A stretch of 64,000 nt of DNA, taken from assembly GCA_029265315.1 (NCBI GenBank), contig JAJUJM010000001.1, forward strand, positions 179,463-243,462, read 5' to 3'. This DNA is from Actinomycetota bacterium (GTDB lineage Bacteria > Actinomycetota > Coriobacteriia > Anaerosomatales > PHET01). Shown one piece after another: positions 36,101 to 44,629 of this stretch (position 1 is the stretch's first letter; every line of letters starts with the position of its first letter). The position numbers were made by a program, and so were the translations under genes. The notes below the pieces were generated by a model. That model did no database searches and was not told the origin of the DNA. It saw only the letters and a program-made list of their open reading frames with translations.

Positions 36101-37045
36101 CTATCTTAGCGCGTCCATCGCGGCGCTGAGGCGTTGCGATAGGGACAGGTCGGTCACATCCAGCCACGCTATCCTCGGATCGGCGCGAAACCACGTGAGC
36201 TGGCGCTTGGCGTAGCGCCTCGTGGCCGCCTTGATCGCCTCGACGGCTTCATCCAAGGGGCTGTCGTCTTCCAGAACGGGAACGAGTTCCTTGTAGCCGA
36301 TGGCCTGCGTGGCGGTGAGCGCAGAGCGAAAACCCGCCCGGAGCAGGAGTTCGACCTCGTCAAGAAGCCCAGCGGCGAGCATCGCATCCACACGCTCGCC
36401 GATGGCGTCGTACAGGAGTTCGCGTTCCATGGTCAGCCCGAGGAAGCGCACCCTGTAGATACTCTGGCGACGCGAGAAGCCTTTGGCCTGATCGGCGTAG
36501 CTCAGGCCTTGTTCCAGCATCTCGAGTGCGCGCACGACTCTGCGCACATTGTTCGGATGGATGAGTTCGGCGCTCTTGGGGTCCCGCTGAGCCAGCAGGG
36601 CATGCAGCGCAGCAGCACCGTCGCGTCGGGCGATGGCCTCGTAATGGCTGCGAACCGGATTGGAGGCCTGTTCGCCTTCGGGGAATTCGAAGTCATCGAG
36701 GGCTGCCCGCACGTACAGGCCGGTGCCACCACATACGATGGGCAGGGCGCCGCGTGCGCGACACGAGTCGATGGCAGCGCGCGAATCGCGCTGGAACAGC
36801 GCAGCCGAGTACGGTTCACCCGGCTCAACGATGTCGATGCAGTGGTACGGGACGCGTCTGGTTGCCTGCGCTGGCTTGGCCGTGCCGATGTCCATGCCAC
36901 GGTAGACCTGCATGGCGTCGGCGGAGATGATCTCGCCGTGGAGAAGGACGGCCAGCTCCTCGGCCAGTTCGGTCTTGCCGACGCCGGTGGGGCCTACGAC
37001 GGCCACGACATCAGGATTCGGTGTGTTGATAGAGGCGTTGCTCAC
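36101..37045 (-). CDS. miaA: tRNA dimethylallyltransferase
   Basis: P-loop VVGPTGVGKTELA, PYHCIDIVEP and IVCGGTGLY. Confidence 0.95.
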   Translation of the reverse strand: MSNASINTPNPDVVAVVGPTGVGKTELAEELAVLLHGEIISADAMQVYRGMDIGTAKPAQATRRVPYHCIDIVEPGEPYSAALFQRDSRAAIDSCRARGALPIVCGGTGLYVRAALDDFEFPEGEQASNPVRSHYEAIARRDGAAALHALLAQRDPKSAELIHPNNVRRVVRALEMLEQGLSYADQAKGFSRRQSIYRVRFLGLTMERELLYDAIGERVDAMLAAGLLDEVELLLRAGFRSALTATQAIGYKELVPVLEDDSPLDEAVEAIKAATRRYAKRQLTWFRADPRIAWLDVTDLSLSQRLSAAMDALR

Positions 37046-37048
37046 CGG

Positions 37049-38437
37049 CTAAGTGTAGCGGTCGACACGGAAGCGCTCGATCGTGTAGGGCTCGTCCGGA
37101 GAGATGCCGGCTTTTCGCAGTGCGATGGCGAGCTGGGTCTGGACGTCCTCGACGCCCTCCAGATCCGGCAACAGGAGCCCGCGCCTCCAGCCACTTGTGA
37201 CGATCACGCCGTACCGCTTCGGGTCGAGGTCGTCGGCGGTCGCGGGTTCGGCGGGATGAAGCACATCGACCTTGATGTCAAGATCATGAAGCTCTTCTCG
37301 CGTGAGCGGAGGGAACCGAGGGTCGTGAACCGCGGCTTCGACGGCGTTGGCCACCACCTCTTCTCCAAGGCGCTCTCGAGTCGGTGAGATCGTGCCGATG
37401 CACCCACGGAGCTCACCCCCTCGATGAAGCGACACGAACACGCCTGCGCGAGCGGGCAACCGGGGGTCCACAAGGTGTGTGTCCGGGGCGTGTCGCGTGT
37501 CACCAAGATGAGCGCTGATCGCGACGCGGGCCAGCCGAACGATCTCTGACTCATAATCACCGGGAGCCCCGCCTTTGGAACCGCGGTCAGGTGTTCGGGC
37601 GGGGGCTTGGACGTCATCTGACCGGAGGGCCTCTGAGCCCACCAAGGCGGTCAGGTAGCCCACACCCCATGGTCCCTCATAGGAGAGGACTCGGGTCGGG
37701 ACGGGATCGCTGTTCGCGAACCCGCCCAAGGCGATGAACGAGCGCAGGCCACACTCTCCCCCGGCTTCGATGAGAGAAGGGTCGATATGAGCGAGGTCCG
37801 ACAGATGGCCCTGCTCCACGCAGGAGACGATCTCTTCATCGAGTTCAGCCGCGCGAGGTGAGTAACCAGCCGGCGCGTCGGGTGTGAGTCGATGCGACAG
37901 GTCGCCGCTGGCCACGAATGCGACCTTGCGATCCAGCTTCTCAGCGGCAAGTGCGACCGCGGCTCCGACGTCGCGGTGCGCGGCGTAACCGAGGTTGCTC
38001 AAGGACAACACGACCAGGTGGTAGGCGCGTCCGGGGTCGAGGAACTCCAACGGGACGAGCGATGCGTGGTCGAGATGGCCGGGGTCGAGACGCTTATCCT
38101 CCGTCCGTAGCACCACTGGCCTTCCGGAAGAAGCGATCTCTCGAGCGATGGCGTACGCCAGGTCAGGGTCGCCCTTCCAAGTGCGAACCACGGGGTCTCC
38201 GAACTGGGCCAGAGAGCCGGAAAGCGAGACGGAGTCATCGACCAGGAATGCGTCTGAGAGCGCGGGTGCGTGTGGAGACATGAGCACCACCGTGTGCGGC
38301 TCGTACCTGGCGAGGGCTGCAGCCGCACGCGACAGTGCATCGAGTGAGTCCTGAGTGACGTGCGACCTGGAACCGCCGACGCGCTCGACGAAGATCGGCG
38401 GATGCGGCGAGATGATACCGAACACAGGCGTCTTCAT
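37049..38437 (-). CDS. Fusion protein: class III extradiol dioxygenase (LigB/Memo-like) domain + AMMECR1 domain
   Basis: N-terminal half: ISPHPPIF, DHASLVPLEFL, VASGDLSHRL. C-terminal half: GVFVSLHRGGELRGCIGTISP...AVHDPRFPPL (AMMECR1). ATG 38437 follows gaggaggggagg. Confidence 0.8.
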   Translation of the reverse strand: MKTPVFGIISPHPPIFVERVGGSRSHVTQDSLDALSRAAAALARYEPHTVVLMSPHAPALSDAFLVDDSVSLSGSLAQFGDPVVRTWKGDPDLAYAIAREIASSGRPVVLRTEDKRLDPGHLDHASLVPLEFLDPGRAYHLVVLSLSNLGYAAHRDVGAAVALAAEKLDRKVAFVASGDLSHRLTPDAPAGYSPRAAELDEEIVSCVEQGHLSDLAHIDPSLIEAGGECGLRSFIALGGFANSDPVPTRVLSYEGPWGVGYLTALVGSEALRSDDVQAPARTPDRGSKGGAPGDYESEIVRLARVAISAHLGDTRHAPDTHLVDPRLPARAGVFVSLHRGGELRGCIGTISPTRERLGEEVVANAVEAAVHDPRFPPLTREELHDLDIKVDVLHPAEPATADDLDPKRYGVIVTSGWRRGLLLPDLEGVEDVQTQLAIALRKAGISPDEPYTIERFRVDRYT

Positions 38438-38501
38438 CGCGGGCCTCCCCTCCTCGAGATTCTTCTGCGTAGGTTGATCCGAGCCCACGCAGAGGTCCCG
38501 A

Positions 38502-39860
38502 CTATGGGTTGGTACCCAGCAGTGACCCGGAAAGGAACCAGGTTTGTGCCGCGTCGATCTTCACGTCGACGATTCGGCCTGCATAGTCCTTCGCGTCGGA
38601 GCCTTGAGGAAGTACGACGTGGACGACCTTGTTTCCGGGCGTGCGTCCGGACAGCACAGCCGCATCCCGCTTGCTCACACCGGTGAAAAGCACCGGCTGG
38701 ACCGTGCCCACGAGATCGCGATTCTTCGCAAGCGCCGAGCGTTGGACGAGCTCGACGAGCCGATCGAATCGTCGCTTAGCGACCGACGTCGGTACGCGGG
38801 GTTCCATGGTCGCTGCGGGCGTCCCTGCACGAGGCGAGAAGATGAAGGTGAACGCTTGGTCCAGTCTGGCCGCTTCGGCGACGCGCAGGGTCTGCTCGAA
38901 ATCGTCGTCTGTCTCGCCGGGGAAGCCCACGATGATGTCGGTGGAGAGGGCAAGACCGGGCATGCGTTCGTAGAGGGCGTGGACGAGAGACAGGTAGTGG
39001 TCAGCGGTGTAGTGCCGGTTCATGGCCGCGAGGATCCGGTCTGAGCCTGACTGCATGGGAAGGTGGAGGTACGGCATGACGGCGGGTGTCTCAGCCATCA
39101 CGCTGATGGTCTCGTTGGAAAGGTCCTTGGGGTGACTCGTGGCGAAACGGATCCGCTGGACACCTGTCGAGGCCACCTCATGGAGCACTTCTGCGAATCG
39201 TGGCGTTCCGTATAGGTCGCGTCCGTATGAGTTGACGTTCTGGCCGAGCAGCGTGATCTCGAGAACCCCGTCTGAGACGAGCCCGGCGGCCTCGGCCACG
39301 ATCTCCTCGAGCGGTCGGCTCCGTTCGCGTCCCCTGACGTGGGGCACGATGCAGTACGTGCAGAAATTGTCGCAACCGACCGTGATGGGCACCCATGCGT
39401 GCCACGAGTGTTCCCGTTCGGCTGGTAGGTCGCTCGTGAAATCGGTGGACTCCGCGAGTATCTCCACCTGAGCGCTGCCCTGTGCCCGTGCGGCTTCGAG
39501 CAGGGCCGGCAGGTGACTCACGTTATGGGTGCCGAACACGACGTCGATGTGAGGGACCTGGTCAAGGAGCCTCTCGCCGTCACGTTGGCCGATGCACCCG
39601 CCGACGGCGATCAGGGGCCCTGCGCCGCGCCGCGGTTTCAATGCCTTCAGGCTCGCGACCTGTCCGATGAGCCGGTCGTCGGCGTTCTCGCGAACGCAGC
39701 AGGTCATGAAGACGATGACGTCGGCCTCGTGCGGCCGGTCGGTCGAAGACATGCCGGCAGCTCGCAGTAGTCCTGCGACGCGCTCGGAGTCGTGCTTGTT
39801 CATCTGGCACCCGAAGGTGCGGATCAAGAAGGTGTTCATGGCGGTACGCGAGTGTAGCAT
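38502..39860 (-). CDS. miaB: tRNA-2-methylthio-N6-dimethylallyladenosine synthase
   Basis: FLIRTFGCQMNKHDSE (UPF0004 domain), radical SAM CDNFCTYCIVP, C-terminal TRAM domain. Confidence 0.95.
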   Translation of the reverse strand: MLHSRTAMNTFLIRTFGCQMNKHDSERVAGLLRAAGMSSTDRPHEADVIVFMTCCVRENADDRLIGQVASLKALKPRRGAGPLIAVGGCIGQRDGERLLDQVPHIDVVFGTHNVSHLPALLEAARAQGSAQVEILAESTDFTSDLPAEREHSWHAWVPITVGCDNFCTYCIVPHVRGRERSRPLEEIVAEAAGLVSDGVLEITLLGQNVNSYGRDLYGTPRFAEVLHEVASTGVQRIRFATSHPKDLSNETISVMAETPAVMPYLHLPMQSGSDRILAAMNRHYTADHYLSLVHALYERMPGLALSTDIIVGFPGETDDDFEQTLRVAEAARLDQAFTFIFSPRAGTPAATMEPRVPTSVAKRRFDRLVELVQRSALAKNRDLVGTVQPVLFTGVSKRDAAVLSGRTPGNKVVHVVLPQGSDAKDYAGRIVDVKIDAAQTWFLSGSLLGTNP

Positions 39861-39873
39861 GCCCTACGACCAG

Positions 39874-40704
39874 TCAAGGCCGCGCGCCGAGCAGGGCCTC
39901 GATGTGCGGTGCCGGCAACTCCACACTGCCGAGAGGCGGGTTCGGGCCCTGGGGCCCATGGAAGTCCGAACCACCGGTGATGAGCAGGCCGAGTTCCCGT
40001 GCCAGGGCCGCGTAGTGGGCACGTTGGTCGGGCGTGTGGTCCGCATGGAACGCCTCGATGCCAGCAAGTCCCTGGCGGGTCAGTCGCTCGATGAGGTACG
40101 AGTGGTCTCCGACCCCCGGGTGGGCGATCACCGGGATCCCACCGGCCTCGATGATGAAGGAGATGGCTTCCTCAGGCTTCGGAGACTCCTTCGCGACGTA
40201 GTGGGGCGCATCACGTCCGATGAGGCGCTCGAATGCGTCTCTGATGGAGACCGCATGGCCCGAAGCGACTATGGCCCTGGCGATATGAGCCCGTCCGATC
40301 GCGCCGCCTTGGGAGAATCTCAGGACCTCTTTGAGCGTGACGGGAATGCCTGCGTCGGCGAGGGAACGGACCATCCGTTCTGCGCGCCGGGACCGCGCGT
40401 GCCTGAACCTCGCTAGTCTCTCCAGAAGACGCGGACTTGTGGGGTCGATGAAGTACCCCAGGATGTGTACGTCGCTGCCTCGCTCAGTGGTTGCGGAGAG
40501 TTCGACCCCGGGAATGAGCGCGACACCAAGGTCGACTGAGGCTTCAAGCGCTTCGTCCAGACCCGATACCGAGTCGTGGTCGGTGATCGAAAGGTGCGTG
40601 AGCCCTGTGCGCGCGGCGAGTCGGACGATCGCGCGTGGGCGAAGTGTCCCATCAGAGGCGTTGGAGTGGACGTGCAGGTCCGCTCTGAGCGGACGAGCGT
40701 TCAC
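39874..40704 (-). CDS. PHP-domain metal-dependent phosphoesterase (TrpH/YciV-like)
   Basis: DLHVHSNASDGTL, LSITDHDSVSG, IAHPG and GGSDFHG motifs. 4-nt overlap with spoVS. Confidence 0.85.
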   Translation of the reverse strand: MNARPLRADLHVHSNASDGTLRPRAIVRLAARTGLTHLSITDHDSVSGLDEALEASVDLGVALIPGVELSATTERGSDVHILGYFIDPTSPRLLERLARFRHARSRRAERMVRSLADAGIPVTLKEVLRFSQGGAIGRAHIARAIVASGHAVSIRDAFERLIGRDAPHYVAKESPKPEEAISFIIEAGGIPVIAHPGVGDHSYLIERLTRQGLAGIEAFHADHTPDQRAHYAALARELGLLITGGSDFHGPQGPNPPLGSVELPAPHIEALLGARP

Positions 40705-40976
40705 GCCCGGATCATGTCGCGCGGCTCGACGAGAAGGCGGATTGCGGTTCTCTCCTCGCCGTTGATCTCGATGTCGGCGAACGCGGGAACGCAGGTCAGC
40801 TCCATACCGGAGGGTGCGATGAATCCGCGTGCGATGGCGATGGCCTTGATGGCTTGGTTCAAAGCTCCTGCGCCGACGGTCTGGATCTCAACGGCGCCCT
40901 GTTCCCTGACGATACCGGCGAGAGCGCCTGCCACTGAGTTGGGGTTGGACTTGCTGGACACCTTGAGGACTTCCAC
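40701..40976 (-). CDS. spoVS: Stage V sporulation protein S homolog
   Basis: LKVSSKSNPNSVAGALAGIVREQGAVEIQTVGAGALNQAIKAIAIARGF is the canonical SpoVS sequence. GTG start after gggaggg. Confidence 0.9.
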   Translation of the reverse strand: MEVLKVSSKSNPNSVAGALAGIVREQGAVEIQTVGAGALNQAIKAIAIARGFIAPSGMELTCVPAFADIEINGEERTAIRLLVEPRDMIRA

Positions 40977-41116
40977 GGTCCCTCCCTGGCGTGACCGGTA
41001 CAGGATGCACGCCCGGACTCTGGGCGCGTGCGTCGCATGCTGGCGTGACGAGTGCTACATACTGACAACTGCGGTGTGGTGCATCCTCCAGTATATCGTG
41101 AAAGACGCGCACCGTG

Positions 41117-42193
41117 TCAGTCTTCTTTGTCAACCTCGAAGCGGACACGTATGTCGTCGCGTCCAACGGTGATGCGCGGGGCCGTACGGAGGTGGATGTA
41201 GTAGCGCTCCGCCAGCGCATCGAACGCCTTCTCCAGGTCAGCAGCGAACGCATCGAGGTCGGCCGAGTGGATCTTGAGCCCGCGGCGGTCGCGGTAGATG
41301 TCGGGAGCCTGGGCATCGGACGTCGCCGGGGCGGCTTTGGTCGCCACGGCATACAGTGTCCGCAGCGGCACCACGTCGCCAGCGAGAATCCGATGCGCCG
41401 TACGCTCGGAGATCGGGAGCCCGATATCTTCGGCGGTTTCGGTCAGTTCCTCAGCATCGGCGGCTGCGCCAGGTCGCTGCCACACCGGAAGGCGGGTGAG
41501 TTCTGAGGTCCGGAGGAGGTCGATCTCGTCAAGCTCGAAGCGCGCGAGGGTGACCATCGTGGCGAGGACCTCGGTGGGAGAACCGAAGAAGATGTCCATC
41601 TCCGTGTGCTCGAGGGCGAACTCCATCACGCGGCGGACGATGTTATGAGGACCTCTGGCGACGCGTAGAGCACCGGAGTCGTCGCGCTCCAGTGTCGGCC
41701 ATGTGGACTGGTCGGCCTTCTCCGGTAGTACGGTCGTGTCAACGGACACTGAGATCGACGCACCCTTGTGCGCGTCGCCGGAGACGACATGCGCCGACAA
41801 GGCATTCTGGCGGATTGAGAAGAGCGCCATTCCCCTGCCATGAACCCCCCACCGGTCCATGACCATTGTCTCGAGCTTGCTCGTCACCCGAGGCTCGAAG
41901 ATGCGTTCGTGGAGGGCGACCGGGATGCCGACTCCGTCATCCAGGACCGTCAGCGTGCGTACGTCGCCCTCCCGACCGGCGGCGATGAAGATGCGCTGCG
42001 CATGCGCGTCACGGGAGTTACGCAGCAGTTCCACGACGATGTCTTCCACGCCGCGGATGTCGTGCTTGGCCTGGCGGCGTTCGGCCTCGCTGACCTTGAG
42101 GCGCACGAAGCCGTCGCCAAGGTTCTCCTCGACTTTCAGGAACGCGTCCCCCGAAACGGAAGCGACGAATGAGAGTAGGTCGTTATCGCTCAT
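41117..42193 (-). CDS. GHKL-type ATPase with a C-terminal HTH-like segment (function unknown)
   Basis: N box VELLRNSRDAH, G1 LDDGVGIP, G2 GVHGRGMALFSI. Later, IGLPISERTAHRIL resembles an HTH recognition helix. Confidence 0.75.
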   Translation of the reverse strand: MSDNDLLSFVASVSGDAFLKVEENLGDGFVRLKVSEAERRQAKHDIRGVEDIVVELLRNSRDAHAQRIFIAAGREGDVRTLTVLDDGVGIPVALHERIFEPRVTSKLETMVMDRWGVHGRGMALFSIRQNALSAHVVSGDAHKGASISVSVDTTVLPEKADQSTWPTLERDDSGALRVARGPHNIVRRVMEFALEHTEMDIFFGSPTEVLATMVTLARFELDEIDLLRTSELTRLPVWQRPGAAADAEELTETAEDIGLPISERTAHRILAGDVVPLRTLYAVATKAAPATSDAQAPDIYRDRRGLKIHSADLDAFAADLEKAFDALAERYYIHLRTAPRITVGRDDIRVRFEVDKED

Positions 42194-42229
42194 GTCTGAC
42201 AGGATACAGCTCCGGCGCTGAGTGGCGGC

Positions 42230-42703
42230 TCACCTGACGGTCTTCTCGAGCCACACGAGTGTGGTGGCGGGGGTGACTTCCAGTCTGGTCCTGACGTAGC
42301 CTCGGCTCTCGTAGAGTCGAAGAGGTGCCGTAGCATCGATGCCGGTGAACAGAATGAAGCGGTCAGCCTCCGGGAAAGAGCCCTCAACAGCGTCCATGAG
42401 TGCGGTGGCGATACCTTGGCGCGTGTGACCAGTCGCCACAACCAGTCGTCCGACCTCCACCGATCGGTCCCGTAAGGTGGCGCGTACGCTTCCCACCACC
42501 CTTTCGCCGATAAGGGCGACGAAGAACCGAGTCCCGCTTTCGATGAGGGTCTCGAGGTCGGAGAGGGTCTCAGTGAGCGGTGGGAGGAGACCGGGTTCGA
42601 TGTCGAGCTCGCATGAGACACGCGTGAAGGCGTCATGCTGCACCTCGAGAACCGAGGGCAAGTCCGTTGGAGTCGCGGATCTGACGTGTGCTTGCGTGTC
42701 CAT
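42230..42703 (-). CDS. GNAT family N-acetyltransferase
   Basis: Acetyl-CoA motif RLVVATGHTRQGIATALMDAVE. ATG 42703 follows gagga and lies downstream of the rny terminator hairpin. Confidence 0.8.
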   Translation of the reverse strand: MDTQAHVRSATPTDLPSVLEVQHDAFTRVSCELDIEPGLLPPLTETLSDLETLIESGTRFFVALIGERVVGSVRATLRDRSVEVGRLVVATGHTRQGIATALMDAVEGSFPEADRFILFTGIDATAPLRLYESRGYVRTRLEVTPATTLVWLEKTVR

Positions 42704-42726
42704 GACGGTCGTCCTCGCAAGACAGA

Positions 42727-42757
42727 AACACCCCGACGGGCCGTCCATCGGGGTGTT
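42727..42757 (-). terminator. Intrinsic terminator after rny
   Basis: On the minus strand, AACACCCCGA-(11 nt loop)-TCGGGGTGTT forms a 10-bp stem. It is followed by TCTGTCTT and starts 16 nt after the rny stop. Confidence 0.75.
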
Positions 42758-42772
42758 CACCGAAAGGCGCAG

Positions 42773-44311
42773 CTACTTCGCGTAGTCGATCGCACGACTC
42801 TCCCGGATGACCATGACCTTCACCTGACCGGGGTACTCGAGTTCGTCTTCGATCTGCTTGGCGATGTCGCGGGCCAGAACGACCGAGTCGGCGTCAGATA
42901 CCTGGTCAGGCTTGACCATGACGCGGATCTCGCGCCCGGCCTGCATGGCGTACGTGCGCTCGACGCCCTGGTGGGAGTTGGCGACCGCCTCGAGCTTCTC
43001 CAGGCGTTTGATGTAGCTCTCGAGGGTCTCGCGTCGCGCTCCCGGGCGCGCGGCCGAGATGGCGTCGGCAGCCTGCACCAAGACGGCCTCGATCGTCTGT
43101 GGCTCCACGTCGGCATGGTGGGCCTCTATCGCGTGGACGATGGCCTTCGGCTCGTTCATTCGGCGTGCGAGGTCGGCACCTATAACAGCATGGGGGCCTT
43201 CGATCTCGTGGTCGATGGCTTTTCCGATGTCATGAAGGAGCCCGGCACGCTTGGCGAGGGCAGGGTCGACTCCGAGCTCGGCTGCCATGACGCCAGCGAG
43301 CCAAGAGACTTCAAGGGAGTGGTTGAGGACGTTCTGGCCGTAGCTGGTGCGGAACTTCAGGCGGCCCAGCGTCCGTATGAGCTCAGGATGCAGGTTGTGG
43401 ACGCCGGAATCGAACGCGGCCTGCTCCCCCGCTTCGTGGATCTGCTGGCTGACGATCTGGTCGGCCTTGTTGAACATCTCCTCGATCCGGGCAGGATGGA
43501 TGCGGCCGTCGGCGATGAGCGTCTCGAGCGTGATACGCCCTATCTCGCGACGCACAGGGTCGAAGCTCGAGAGCACAACGGCTTCCGGAGTGTCGTCGAC
43601 GATGAGGTTGATCCCGGTGAGCTGCTCGAAAGCACGGATGTTGCGGCCTTCTCGACCGATGAGGCGACCCTTCATGTCGTCGCTCGGTATGTGGACGACG
43701 GAGACGGTCGACTCTGCGGTGTGGTCGGCGGCAACCCGCTGGATCGCGATTCCGACGATGTTTCTGGCCTTCTTGTCGGCCTCTTCTCGAGCGCGCGCCT
43801 CAGTCTCGCGGATGAACGCGGCGGCGTCGCGCTTGACCTCGTCTTGGATGCGATTCATGAGCTCAGCGCGCGCCTGCTCGGCGGTCATCCCTGCGACTGA
43901 CTCGAGACGCCTGCGCTCCTCCTCCTCCATCTCCTGGAGGTCCTTCTCTCGTTTTGCGAGCTGGCCTTGCAGCGACGAGAGTTGGTGCTCACGCTTGTCC
44001 ACGGACTCCGCGCGTCGGTCGATGGACTCTTCACGCTGCGCGAGACGGTTCTCCGCTGCCTGGATCTCCTTGCGGCGTTCCTTGATCTCGTTGTCCGCAT
44101 CCTGCTTCATGCGGAAGATCTGGTCCTTCGCCTCTATGAGGGCTTCTTTCTTGAGAGTCTCGGCCTGCTTCTCCGCATCTTTGACGAGGCGGTCCGCCTC
44201 TTCGGCCGCACGTGAGGCGCGGTCTTTGATGAGGAAACGGTTGATCGCATAGCCGAGGGCGACGCCTACCAGGAGTCCAATGAGCATCAGTGCCAGTTGA
44301 TTGGCTCCCAT
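42773..44311 (-). CDS. rny: Ribonuclease Y
   Basis: N-terminal TM helix, long coiled coil, KH domain ([15 protein letters not shown]), HD domain (LLHDIGKA). ATG 44311 follows ggaaggaggg. Confidence 0.95.
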   Translation of the reverse strand: MGANQLALMLIGLLVGVALGYAINRFLIKDRASRAAEEADRLVKDAEKQAETLKKEALIEAKDQIFRMKQDADNEIKERRKEIQAAENRLAQREESIDRRAESVDKREHQLSSLQGQLAKREKDLQEMEEEERRRLESVAGMTAEQARAELMNRIQDEVKRDAAAFIRETEARAREEADKKARNIVGIAIQRVAADHTAESTVSVVHIPSDDMKGRLIGREGRNIRAFEQLTGINLIVDDTPEAVVLSSFDPVRREIGRITLETLIADGRIHPARIEEMFNKADQIVSQQIHEAGEQAAFDSGVHNLHPELIRTLGRLKFRTSYGQNVLNHSLEVSWLAGVMAAELGVDPALAKRAGLLHDIGKAIDHEIEGPHAVIGADLARRMNEPKAIVHAIEAHHADVEPQTIEAVLVQAADAISAARPGARRETLESYIKRLEKLEAVANSHQGVERTYAMQAGREIRVMVKPDQVSDADSVVLARDIAKQIEDELEYPGQVKVMVIRESRAIDYAK

Positions 44312-44544
44312 GCGCCCTCCTTCCCTTGTGATCATGGGTGTGCGCGTTCAGATCTGTCGTGAGCACGCATCCGGCTCGATGATGAAGAAAGCCGAACACT
44401 TGTCCGGCATCGTGATCACACTGGCGGCCATGACGCACATACGCGAAATGCGGCCCATCGGCCGCTGCGTCCTGACATGCAATACAAACCGCGAATCGCA
44501 CCGGCATGCATCGCCGCGCACGAATAATCACTGATGCCATAGCG

Positions 44545-44574
44545 ATAGTACGCCTGAGCAGCGGAAAGCGTCAA
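44545..44574 (-). promoter_or_regulatory. Candidate sigma-70-type promoter for rny
   Basis: On the minus strand: TTGACG (44574-44569), an 18-nt spacer, then TACTAT (44550-44545). This implies a leader of about 225 nt. Confidence 0.4.
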
Positions 44575-44629
44575 CCGATCGGCAGGGGCCCACGGGCGAT
44601 GAACGGAGTGAACGGACCCGGAGCGGTCG

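Noticed and set aside
42635-44252. 421-aa and 301-aa plus-strand ORFs (42635-43900 and 43347-44252)
   Set aside because: Both are antisense to rny, which has clear KH and HD domains. Their composition looks spurious.
44393-44406. SOS-box-like sequence CGAACACTTGTCCG in the rny leader
   Set aside because: It has one mismatch in the right half-site (GTCCG versus GTTCG), while the three bona fide boxes in this window are perfect. It is probably chance, though a weak LexA site cannot be excluded.
44031-44540. 169-aa minus-strand ORF starting in the rny leader
   Set aside because: It reads through the rny start in a different frame. The Arg/His/Gly-rich sequence is more likely non-coding leader.
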